A stretch of 21,647 bases of DNA from the IMG/VR virus record IMGVR_UViG_3300012849_000001, positions 1 to 21,647 of that record; one strand, written 5' to 3'. The position numbers were made by a program, and so were the translations under genes. Shown piece by piece: positions 13,895-20,606 of this stretch. This stretch comes from a virus. Numbering within the stretch: position 1 is the stretch's first letter; every line of letters begins with the position of its first letter. A model generated the notes under the pieces. The model made no database searches. It was not told where the DNA came from and saw only the letters and a program-made list of their open reading frames with translations.

Positions 13895-15439
13895 TCAGTA
13901 CACGAAGAAAGTCTCTGGTTCTGGCGCGCGTCCCAACGCCCATGCGGCGAGGGTAGCACTCACGATCGGCGTCTGCGGGACAGGCAGTCGGCGTTCCCAC
14001 TGCCACGCCTTCCCGCTGGTGCGCTGCGCGGCGCCGGCGGCCTGGGTGGCCTTCGCGTAGGTGTCGGACTTGCGGATCCGCAGCCCGCCGGCGCGCAGCC
14101 TCGAGTCCCACGCGAAGCACGCCGCCACGATGTCCTGCGCGGTCGTCTTGACGAGCTTGCGGGCGATCGCCGGCTCGTCACGCTCGATGTCGAGGATCAG
14201 GTCATGGCCGGGCCCGTAGTCGTCGATGCCGATCGCGTTGACCGTGGGCTCGAGCTGGCGTAGCCGGTCGAGCACCCACGACGAGCCGGGCCGGTCGTCG
14301 ATGATCTCCTGCACCAGGCCGTCACGGTCGGGATCGACCGACGTCGCGGTGATCGACGCGGACCGGTCGAACGGGTCGATGTCCACGCCGAGCGCAGCCG
14401 GCACGTCATCGGGCATGTGCAGCTCGTCGGCGCCGACGCCGGCGTTCTCCCAGCTGCTGCGCGCGATCGTCTCCCACAGCTTCACGATCGCGCCGGCGCC
14501 CGGCCACAGTCCGAAGTACTCGGCGCCGAACGACTCGGGCCCGAGCCGCTTGAGGTCCTCGCGCAGCTCCTCGATGCGGATCAGACCGTCACGGATGCCC
14601 GGATACCACTCGGCCCAGAGGTGCTCGTCGGTGACGTCGGACCCCTCTGGGATCGTGAACTCGAAGTACGCCGTCCCGGAGGTGTGGCCGGCGTCGACCG
14701 CGGCGCGGCCGGCTTCCTTCGTCTCCCACACGGCCGTCTGCTCGTTGTTCAGCACCGAGATGTTCGTGCACCGCCAGATCTGGCCATGGCCGCGCGCGTC
14801 GCCGAGCGTCGGACCCGCCGCGGCGAGCAGCTCCTGCCCGAGCAGCCTGGTGAACACCAGCCACTCGTCGAACGTCAGGTGCATCAGCCCGTCGCCGCGG
14901 ACGCTCGAGCGGGTCGGGGCGAACACCTGGATCTGCGACGACCGCCGCAGCCGCCAGTCCTTCCCGGCCGTGGCCGGATCGATCGTCAGCGACGTGTCGC
15001 CGATCGCCTCGCGCAGCTTCACCCCGGACCGCCACACGTCCGAGCTCATCGACTCCCGGTACGGCTCGACGAGATCCTTGAGGAACCGCTGCCGCGCCTT
15101 GACGAGGTTCTGCGCGGTGTGCGCGCCGAGGAACGGCATCACCCGGCCGGTGTCGAGCACGACGGGGCCGGCGAGCGACCGGGCGAGCGGGACACCCATC
15201 GTCGTGACCGACTTCCCGCAACGCCGGCCGACGATCAAGTCGACGTTCGCGTAGGCGAACGGGGACCCGGGACCGTCGACGCGCTCCAGGCCGACGTCGA
15301 GGACGTACTGCTGCCATCTGGTCGGACGCCGGCCGAGCTTCGCGGCGATGATCGCGCCGACCAGACGCCCGTCGCTATAGCGGTGCGGAGATCTCGACGT
15401 CCTGATCGTCGGCAGCAGCGGCGGCGGTGTCGAGGCCAC
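13895..15439 (-). CDS. terL: Terminase large subunit, about 514 aa (start uncertain)
   Basis: RWQQYVLDVGLE and Walker A VGRRCGKS near the N-terminus. The only canonical start upstream of Walker A and near the preceding stop is GTG 15439, which has GGAGGAG 8 nt upstream and overlaps the preceding gene by 65 nt. Confidence 0.8.
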   Translation of the reverse strand: MASTPPPLLPTIRTSRSPHRYSDGRLVGAIIAAKLGRRPTRWQQYVLDVGLERVDGPGSPFAYANVDLIVGRRCGKSVTTMGVPLARSLAGPVVLDTGRVMPFLGAHTAQNLVKARQRFLKDLVEPYRESMSSDVWRSGVKLREAIGDTSLTIDPATAGKDWRLRRSSQIQVFAPTRSSVRGDGLMHLTFDEWLVFTRLLGQELLAAAGPTLGDARGHGQIWRCTNISVLNNEQTAVWETKEAGRAAVDAGHTSGTAYFEFTIPEGSDVTDEHLWAEWYPGIRDGLIRIEELREDLKRLGPESFGAEYFGLWPGAGAIVKLWETIARSSWENAGVGADELHMPDDVPAALGVDIDPFDRSASITATSVDPDRDGLVQEIIDDRPGSSWVLDRLRQLEPTVNAIGIDDYGPGHDLILDIERDEPAIARKLVKTTAQDIVAACFAWDSRLRAGGLRIRKSDTYAKATQAAGAAQRTSGKAWQWERRLPVPQTPIVSATLAAWALGRAPEPETFFVY

Positions 15440-15749
15440 GGTCGAACTCCTCCAGGTAGGCGCGGATCCGGTCGGCCTCGTACTCGAGCACTTCGCCCTT
15501 CTCCTCGACGACCGGCTCGGGCAGCCGCGACTCGGCCGCGAGCATCTGCGCGTACAGCTGCGCTTTCGCGATGCCCTTCGCGTGCTGCGCTTCCTCGGCG
15601 AGCTCCAGCACCGCGGCGGCGATGCCCTCATGCCACGGCTGGATCGCACCCGAGCTGCGCCGTGCCTCGATCGCGTCGCTCATCCGCTGCACAAGATCCG
15701 ACGGTGGGCGCACTCCTCCCCACGCCTCGGCGCCGGGAAGAGTGCTCAT
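15375..15749 (-). CDS. Small-terminase-position protein, 124 aa (function position-based only)
   Basis: Trimmed to ATG 15749 (MSTLPGAEAW...). Acidic C-terminus. Lies immediately upstream of terL. Confidence 0.45.
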   Translation of the reverse strand: MSTLPGAEAWGGVRPPSDLVQRMSDAIEARRSSGAIQPWHEGIAAAVLELAEEAQHAKGIAKAQLYAQMLAAESRLPEPVVEEKGEVLEYEADRIRAYLEEFDRGLDTAAAAADDQDVEISAPL

Positions 15750-15825
15750 GCCGCCATTATCCGCCCGGATCCACTCTCCCGGCTGGTGCGCGCGGGCGTG
15801 GCCGACTACAGTCGAGCTCACCCGG

Positions 15826-15864
15826 CCCGGCTCGCGCGATTATCCGCGCGATCCGGGTTTTTTT
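15826..15864 (+). terminator. Canonical intrinsic terminator on the + strand: 13-nt arms (12 of 13 paired), 6-nt loop, T7 tract
   Basis: CCCGGCTCGCGCG-ATTATC-CGCGCGATCCGGG-TTTTTTT read directly. All flanking genes are on the minus strand. Confidence 0.6.
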
Positions 15865-15905
15865 CTGAGCGTTCAGGGTAAATATCCACAGGTCGCGGGG
15901 TGTCC

Positions 15906-15942
15906 AAGCATCGAAAGCTCACTCAGAAACCGAAGCATCGAA
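15906..15942 (+). repeat. Two copies of AAGCATCGAA (15906..15915 and 15933..15942) in the AT-richer region upstream of the terminase genes
   Basis: Read directly, in non-coding DNA between the early and late gene blocks. Confidence 0.5.
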
Positions 15943-16001
15943 CTCGCGACGCTCCTCCTCGGTCGCGCAGACGTGAGGCTCGCATCGACTCGCCGCGCAC
16001 G

Positions 16002-16157
16002 TCATCGGTAGCGGGTGCGCTTTCGGAACGCGTCATCCAGCGCGTTCGCGAGCGTCGGCCACTCACGACGTAGCTTGTCGATGCCGCGCCCCCCCACAGC
16101 AGCTGCGCACTCGGCACAGATGTACGGCTCGGGCATGGCGCCCATGATGTCACTCAC
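16002..16157 (-). CDS. Hypothetical small protein, 51 aa (below the ORF-track cutoff)
   Basis: GTG 16157 overlaps the upstream TGA (GTGA). VSDIMGAMPEPYICAECAAAVGGRGIDKLRREWPTLANALDDAFRKRTRYR reads more protein-like than track ORF 15923..16153. Confidence 0.4.
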   Translation of the reverse strand: MSDIMGAMPEPYICAECAAAVGGRGIDKLRREWPTLANALDDAFRKRTRYR

Positions 16158-16480
16158 TCGCCCGGCAGCTCGTCGATGCGCTGCCTGATCAGCTGGTCGA
16201 GCTGCTCGACGTACTCCGGGCCCATGCGCTGCGCCAGGCCGAGCAGCTCGGACACGATGCCGGCTACACCGTCCATGCTCAGCAGGTACAGGGTGTCGCT
16301 GCGTTCGGTGCTCTTGTTCACGCGGCCGGTGATCTCCAGCCCGAGCATCCGCTCGACGCCCGAATCGCGCAGCCCACCGAGGGCGACGACCGTCGTCCCG
16401 TCGACGAGCACAGCACGGCGCACGTCGACGAGTGCGTCACCGATCCCGAACGCCGATCCCCCGATGATCTTGTCGCTCAT
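16154..16480 (-). CDS. Hypothetical protein, 108 aa
   Basis: Coherent translation, with ATGA overlap to the upstream gene. Confidence 0.6.
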   Translation of the reverse strand: MSDKIIGGSAFGIGDALVDVRRAVLVDGTTVVALGGLRDSGVERMLGLEITGRVNKSTERSDTLYLLSMDGVAGIVSELLGLAQRMGPEYVEQLDQLIRQRIDELPGE

Positions 16481-16731
16481 CGGTCGCTCCGGTCGACGAC
16501 TTCGATCGCTGCGACGATGAGAGCTGCGGCCTTCACGAGCTCGACACGATCTACGCCGTGCCCGTCGGCATCGTCGCCAGCGGCATCAAGGTGTCCGTAT
16601 GCGAGGGCGAGCAGGTGGCCGGCGCCGTGCTCATCGTCATGGTCTGGTGTCCAGCTGAGCTCGGCGAGTTGGCGATCGCGCTCGAGCGTGATCGCAGCGA
16701 GCACGGGCAAGGCTTCAGGTGTCAGTGTCAT
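16477..16731 (-). CDS. Hypothetical acidic/His-rich protein, 84 aa
   Basis: Coherent translation (LERDRQLAELSWTPDHDDEHGAGHLLALAYGHL). Confidence 0.6.
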   Translation of the reverse strand: MTLTPEALPVLAAITLERDRQLAELSWTPDHDDEHGAGHLLALAYGHLDAAGDDADGHGVDRVELVKAAALIVAAIEVVDRSDR

Positions 16732-16746
16732 GTGTCGTGTCCTATG

Positions 16747-17508
16747 TCATCGGTAGCGGGAGCTCACGGGTTCGCCGTTGCCGGCGACGGGTGGCAGGTT
16801 CCCGTACGGGTTGGTGGTGCGGTTGCTCTTCACCCGGTTGCAGCGCGGGCAGGCGGGGATCAGGTTGTCGAGGTCGTCGGTGCCGCCGCGCGATCTGGCG
16901 GTGAGGTGGTCGGCGGTGGTAGCGCGGATCTTGCATCCGGGCAGGCCGAGCTGACAGCGCCGGCCCTTGATGCGCAGCACGAGCTCGCGCTTGTCTTGCG
17001 CGTATCGGCCGGCCCAGCACGGCAGCGACACCAGGTGCCGGGACTTGCAGCGGTCGCACAGCGGCGCGAGCGGCGCGCCCCGCGCAGCACGGTCGACACG
17101 GGCGGCGTCGAGGTCGACCACGCCGGACCAGGCGGGAATGGTCGCGGCCGGCTCGTAGCTGCGCCACCAGGCTTCGATCGCGGGATGCTCGCGGCGCGGG
17201 TCGCGGCCGCGGTCGTCGACGCGCTGGTGACACACGTCGCGGGGGGTGAGCAGCATCCATGCGTGCGTCGCTCCGGTGAGCGACAGCGCCCGCTGCCGGG
17301 CTGTCTCGGTCGCGCCGGTGCGGACGACGATCGCGCGTGCGTCGGCGCGGCCGCCGAGCTGCTCCAGCGCTGCGGTGAACGCGGACTCGGTGCGGCCGGC
17401 CCACGGGTCGAGATCCCGGTCGAGCACGGGCACGTCGAACTCCCTGCGTGCGACGGTGGACTTGCCGGCGCCGGGCGGGCCGAACAGCACGCCGACGAAC
17501 CTGGTCAT
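16747..17508 (-). CDS. P-loop NTPase / kinase-like domain fused to an HNH endonuclease, 253 aa
   Basis: Walker A GPPGAGKST at residues 10-18. The C-terminal HNH is CQLGLPGC...ADHLTARSRGGTDDLDNLIPACPRCNRVKSN. Confidence 0.8.
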   Translation of the reverse strand: MTRFVGVLFGPPGAGKSTVARREFDVPVLDRDLDPWAGRTESAFTAALEQLGGRADARAIVVRTGATETARQRALSLTGATHAWMLLTPRDVCHQRVDDRGRDPRREHPAIEAWWRSYEPAATIPAWSGVVDLDAARVDRAARGAPLAPLCDRCKSRHLVSLPCWAGRYAQDKRELVLRIKGRRCQLGLPGCKIRATTADHLTARSRGGTDDLDNLIPACPRCNRVKSNRTTNPYGNLPPVAGNGEPVSSRYR

Positions 17509-17696
17509 GCGGGGGCCCGTCCGCCCTGGCCGTAGGGACGCGCCTGGGCGGACGGGGGTTCAGGGGTGGTGTGGCACGGGCATCCGCACTCCACCCAATC
17601 GTCTCGGTCGTCCGACCAGGTCGTGCCGGGACACGCGCGATGCTTCCCGACCTGGCAGTCGGGATCGACCGGCAGTGCTTCGTGATCACCAGCCAT
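17505..17696 (-). CDS. Cys/His-rich small protein (putative zinc-binding), 63 aa
   Basis: DCQVGKHRACPG...WVECGCPCH, with ATGA overlap to the HNH gene. Confidence 0.6.
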   Translation of the reverse strand: MAGDHEALPVDPDCQVGKHRACPGTTWSDDRDDWVECGCPCHTTPEPPSAQARPYGQGGRAPA

Positions 17697-17988
17697 CGCG
17701 CATCAACTCGTCGGGGTCGTCGGGCACGCGCTCCTCGTCGGGCCAGAGCGCGTGACGCACATTCTCGGGAAGCTGCGCCACTTCGGCCGCGCTGACGGAT
17801 GCACCGGTCAGCAGCGCGAGATGGTTGGCGGCTCGCAGTTGTTGGGCGACAGCGATGATCGCTTCAGCCGTCGCGATCTGGGCGATCGCCAGCGCATCCT
17901 CGGACGTGCGTCGCATATCGAGCGCGAGCTTGATCCGCTGTCGTGCGTTGTCCAGATAGTCCGTGTCATAGGTCATGTCGTGTGTCAC
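17686..17988 (-). CDS. Hypothetical protein, 100 aa (alternative start ATG 17976)
   Basis: Coherent helical translation. Overlaps the upstream gene by 23 nt. Confidence 0.55.
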   Translation of the reverse strand: MTHDMTYDTDYLDNARQRIKLALDMRRTSEDALAIAQIATAEAIIAVAQQLRAANHLALLTGASVSAAEVAQLPENVRHALWPDEERVPDDPDELMRDGW

Positions 17989-18271
17989 TTCCTGCTGAGA
18001 TTGGGGGGGTGAGGATGATCTTGAAGAATCGGCGGGTGCCCTCGATGTGTCCGGCGAGCAGCCGTGCGGCGTCGGCGTAGCCGGTGAGCGTCTCGATGTT
18101 CGACTGCGACCAGAGCGCGACGCGCGAGAGCTCCATCAGGTGCCGGGCGGTGCGCTCGCACTCCTCGCGCGCGCTCGGCTCGCGCCACAGGCTCGCCTCG
18201 ATCGTGAACCGCTCGGCGAGGTTCGCGAGCTCGCTGGACAGTGCGAGCCGGTCGACGTCGACCTCGGTCAT
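17966..18271 (-). CDS. Hypothetical protein, 101 aa; contains a C7 run near its 3' end
   Basis: Trimmed to ATG 18271 (ATGA overlap). Translation starts MTEVDVDRLALSSELANLAERF... Confidence 0.6.
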   Translation of the reverse strand: MTEVDVDRLALSSELANLAERFTIEASLWREPSAREECERTARHLMELSRVALWSQSNIETLTGYADAARLLAGHIEGTRRFFKIILTPPISAGSDTRHDL

Positions 18272-18453
18272 GAGTGGGCCCAATCCTCGGGTGCGGTGAG
18301 CTCACGGATGGTCCACGACCCGTACAGCGGCAGCTGGTCGTTCATGAACGCCTCCGCCTCGACCCGCGACACGAACGGGCCCGTGAACCTCGGCAGCAGC
18401 TGGTGCCCCTCCGGGTCGCGGGTGACCGTCGCGTTGATCACGAAGCCGGTCAT
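18268..18453 (-). CDS. Hypothetical protein, 61 aa
   Basis: Trimmed to ATG 18453 (ATGA overlap). Translation starts MTGFVINATVTRDPEGHQLL... Confidence 0.55.
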   Translation of the reverse strand: MTGFVINATVTRDPEGHQLLPRFTGPFVSRVEAEAFMNDQLPLYGSWTIRELTAPEDWAHS

Positions 18454-18617
18454 GACGGCCTCCGCTTGCAGAGTGCTTCGGCGCCGTGCGCGCGGCGCGC
18501 GTAGTCGACCGAGGCCTTCACCCGCGAGGGCATCGACTGCCACCCGCACGTACGACAGTCTGCGACCCACCGGCCGTCGATCAGCTGCGTCAGCTGCGGG
18601 AACGACAGCGGGCTCAC
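18450..18617 (-). CDS. Hypothetical small protein, 55 aa
   Basis: GTG 18617 overlaps the upstream TGA (GTGA). Contains CRTCGW. Confidence 0.45.
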   Translation of the reverse strand: MSPLSFPQLTQLIDGRWVADCRTCGWQSMPSRVKASVDYARRAHGAEALCKRRPS

Positions 18618-18844
18618 GATTCCGCTTCCACGCACGCCGAGCAGAGGTAGCCGTCGGCGTTCTCCTCGACCCACCAGCAGCCGCCGATGCACGCCTCGTC
18701 CTCGGTGCATCCGCACACACGGCACGTCGCGTCGACGTAAACCTCGACATTGTCGAGACCCGCGACTCGCTGCTCTAGATCCTCGATGAGCTCGGCCGGT
18801 GCCGTCGACGGGACGTGGATCGTGATCGCGAGCTCGACGGTCAT
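18614..18844 (-). CDS. Cys-rich small protein, 76 aa
   Basis: Trimmed to ATG 18844 (ATGA overlap). CRVCGCTEDEACIGGCWWVEENADGYLCSAC has 7 Cys in 31 residues. Confidence 0.6.
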   Translation of the reverse strand: MTVELAITIHVPSTAPAELIEDLEQRVAGLDNVEVYVDATCRVCGCTEDEACIGGCWWVEENADGYLCSACVEAES

Positions 18845-19263
18845 CCGCGGATCCTCTTGATCGTGGCGAGCGGGATCACGAGGGATCCGTTGGGGCCGAA
18901 CGGGACGACGCCGAAGTAGTCGCGGTGGGTGGCGATCGCGTGCCGGCTGATGCCGAGCACGCTGGCGGCGACGTCGAGCGGGAGGAACGACGGCAGCGTG
19001 TCGAGGGCCGCGTCGAGTGCCTGCGCGACGGAGACCGCGAGCTCGTCGACGGACTGCCGTCGTTGCTGCAGCTGCACGACGTCGCCGGTGCGGGGGGTGC
19101 GTTGCGCGTCGGTCGGGATCATCCAGCGGCCGCGTTCGTCCTGGTACGCGCCGGGCAGTTCGCCATCGTCGAGGTAGCGCTGCACGGTGCGGTCGGTCTT
19201 GCCGATGAGTGCGGCGTACTGCGTCTTCGTCACATACTGGGTGGTGTCGTAGGAAAGCGTCAT
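18841..19263 (-). CDS. DNA-binding protein with two excisionase-type HTH modules, 140 aa
   Basis: N-terminal YAALIGKTDRTVQRYLDDGELPGAYQDERGRWMIP and C-terminal VAASVLGISRHAIATHRDYFGVVPFGPNGSLVIP. Confidence 0.65.
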   Translation of the reverse strand: MTLSYDTTQYVTKTQYAALIGKTDRTVQRYLDDGELPGAYQDERGRWMIPTDAQRTPRTGDVVQLQQRRQSVDELAVSVAQALDAALDTLPSFLPLDVAASVLGISRHAIATHRDYFGVVPFGPNGSLVIPLATIKRIRG

Positions 19264-19266
19264 AGG

Positions 19267-19449
19267 TCACTTCTTTCTGTGTTGTGAGGAGAGGAGGGCT
19301 TGGTATCCGCAGCGGCCGTGGATCTCGAATCGGTGTCGGTGGATGCGTCGGGCTTTCTCGGCGGTGCCCTTGTCGCCCGCGGCCCGGTATCCGCAGCCGC
19401 GGCAGAGGTAGACCCATTGGCCGGCTGCAGGTGCGAGCTCGTCGTTCAT
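19267..19449 (-). CDS. Small Cys/His-containing protein, 60 aa
   Basis: YLCRGCGY...HRHRFEIHGRCGY, with ATGA overlap to the upstream gene. Confidence 0.55.
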   Translation of the reverse strand: MNDELAPAAGQWVYLCRGCGYRAAGDKGTAEKARRIHRHRFEIHGRCGYQALLSSQHRKK

Positions 19450-19586
19450 CGGATCGTGGGGTCGAGCGCGGTCGGTGCGCCCTCGTCGTGGCGGTTGGTG
19501 ATGTGCCAGCTGAGCATCCGGGCTGTGATCAGCGCCTTGCAGATCGGGCAGCGTGCTCGCCGGTTGCTGGATCGGTGTTTCGGCAT
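19446..19586 (-). CDS. C2H2-like zinc-finger micro-protein, 46 aa; first gene after the early intergenic region
   Basis: ATG 19586 with GGAGGAG 7 nt upstream. MPKHRSSNRRARCPICKALITARMLSWHITNRH gives CxxC-x11-H-x4-H. The upstream part of track ORF 19446..19778 is rejected. Confidence 0.55.
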   Translation of the reverse strand: MPKHRSSNRRARCPICKALITARMLSWHITNRHDEGAPTALDPTIR

Positions 19587-19617
19587 CTGGATGCTCCTCC
19601 TGGCATCGGGTGTCACT

Positions 19618-19652
19618 GGGAGGGCGGGAGCTGAGCGGGAGAGGGCAGGGGG
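19618..19652 (+). repeat. G-run tract GGGAGGGCGGGAGCTGAGCGGGAGAGGGCAGGGGG (six runs of 3 or more G), C-rich in the minus-strand 5' UTR
   Basis: Read directly. Confidence 0.6.
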
Positions 19653-19684
19653 ACCCCAGGACGTCCTGAAAGACGCCCCACGAT

Positions 19685-19697
19685 CTGCCTTCACCGG
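19685..19697 (+). repeat. 13-mer CTGCCTTCACCGG, copy 1 (downstream of the candidate early promoter)
   Basis: Identical to 19815..19827. Confidence 0.8.
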
Positions 19698-19745
19698 TCG
19701 GTTGGTCGCCTCGCAGGTGTCGGTATAGGTGAGACCACTCCGGGG

Positions 19746-19775
19746 ATTATTCGGAGCACAGGGCCGGGTTGTGAA
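19746..19775 (-). promoter_or_regulatory. Candidate sigma70-like early promoter TTCACA-N18-AATAAT
   Basis: The hexamers were read on the minus strand within a 363-bp non-coding gap, about 150 nt upstream of ATG 19586. Confidence 0.4.
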
Positions 19776-19814
19776 CACCAGGGGCTGCAGCGGCCACGCT
19801 GCTCCCGCCCAGGC

Positions 19815-19827
19815 CTGCCTTCACCGG
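19815..19827 (+). repeat. 13-mer CTGCCTTCACCGG, copy 2 (upstream of the candidate early promoter)
   Basis: Identical to 19685..19697, 130 bp apart. Confidence 0.8.
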
Positions 19828-19949
19828 GTGCCCTGGATGTTCTTGGGGTTGGTTGACTGATGCGGCTCTAACCCGCGACGGCACCGGGGGCTAGCCGGCC
19901 CACCCGAATATCAAGAGCGCTCGGGCGCACACGCAGAACTCGCGCGATG

Positions 19950-20219
19950 TCAGCTGGCGGGCCCTCCCTCCGCCGGTGACGTGGGATTGCGCCGGGCGTA
20001 GAGCACCCGGAAACCTGACTCCTGCCGGAAGAACGCCTCATAGCCGGCGCGGTCGAGGCCGCGGCCGATGACGCGCAGCAGATCGGCGGCGACGTCGAGC
20101 GGCAGACCGCCCAACGTGAGCGCTGCGACCGCCCACTCGGTGTCGGCCGGCGCCGGCCGTTCAACGGCCATGTTCCGCACTTCGAGCTCGTCGACGTCGA
20201 ACCTCATCGTGTGGGCCAC
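19950..20219 (-). CDS. Hypothetical protein, 89 aa (alternative start ATG 20207)
   Basis: GTG 20219 has GAGAGGAGG 5 nt upstream. Strong GC3 bias. Translation starts VAHTMRFDVDELEVRNMAVERP... Confidence 0.6.
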   Translation of the reverse strand: MAHTMRFDVDELEVRNMAVERPAPADTEWAVAALTLGGLPLDVAADLLRVIGRGLDRAGYEAFFRQESGFRVLYARRNPTSPAEGGPAS

Positions 20220-20431
20220 GACGGCCTCCTCTCGGTATGCCGGCAGCCACAGCAACGGCCACCACACGCACTGCAATCACGCAGCCGTGCATCACACCAG
20301 GCGCGGCCACCGATGAACGTGTTCGGCGACCACCAGTCGTCACGCAGCTGCACCAGGCGAAACTCACCCGCGGGGATCGGGTCACGATGCCCGAGACCGA
20401 ACGCGGCACGGAACCGTTCAGACCGCATCAT
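20204..20431 (-). CDS. Hypothetical protein with Cys-rich C-terminus, 75 aa
   Basis: ATGATG 20431 with GAGGAGGG upstream. The C-terminus is CDARLRDCSACGGRCCGC. GC3 bias is weaker in the last third. Confidence 0.45.
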   Translation of the reverse strand: MMRSERFRAAFGLGHRDPIPAGEFRLVQLRDDWWSPNTFIGGRAWCDARLRDCSACGGRCCGCRHTERRPSWPTR

Positions 20432-20606
20432 GCGGACCCTCCTCGTCGACCGGGTCGATCGCGGCGAGAACCTCGTCGCGCAGCGCTTCCAGCTCCGCGA
20501 CGAGCGGGCTGTGCTGCAGCTGCTCAGCACGCGCGATACGGCGCGCGAACACGACCGCGACACGGGCACGCGCCGTCAGATACGGGGGAACGATCGGCGC
20601 CGTCAC
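20418..20606 (-). CDS. Hypothetical protein, 62 aa
   Basis: GTG 20606 overlaps the upstream TGA (GTGA). Confidence 0.55.
   Translation of the reverse strand: MTAPIVPPYLTARARVAVVFARRIARAEQLQHSPLVAELEALRDEVLAAIDPVDEEGPHDAV

Noticed and set aside
15923-16153. Track ORF of 76 aa (MTSWAPCPSRTSVPSAQLL...)
   Set aside because: The composition is Ser/Arg-rich and not protein-like. The alternative frame at 16002..16157 is GTGA-coupled to the upstream gene and reads more plausibly, so the remaining 15865..16001 is treated as non-coding.
17505-17696. WhiB-like regulator among the Cys-rich small proteins
   Set aside because: The cysteine spacing (C-x7-C ... C-x-C-x-C-H) does not match the WhiB C-x(n)-C-x2-C-x5-C pattern, and there is no G(V/I)WGG turn. 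It is left as a generic zinc-binding candidate.
19587-19949. Protein-coding or structured-ncRNA interpretation of the early intergenic region (upstream part of track ORF 19446..19778; 19868..20164)
   Set aside because: The ORF translations are implausible and lack SD or coupling. I could find local hairpins but no fold I recognise (riboswitch, tRNA, tmRNA, retron msr/msd, group I/II intron), so it is reported only as a regulatory region.
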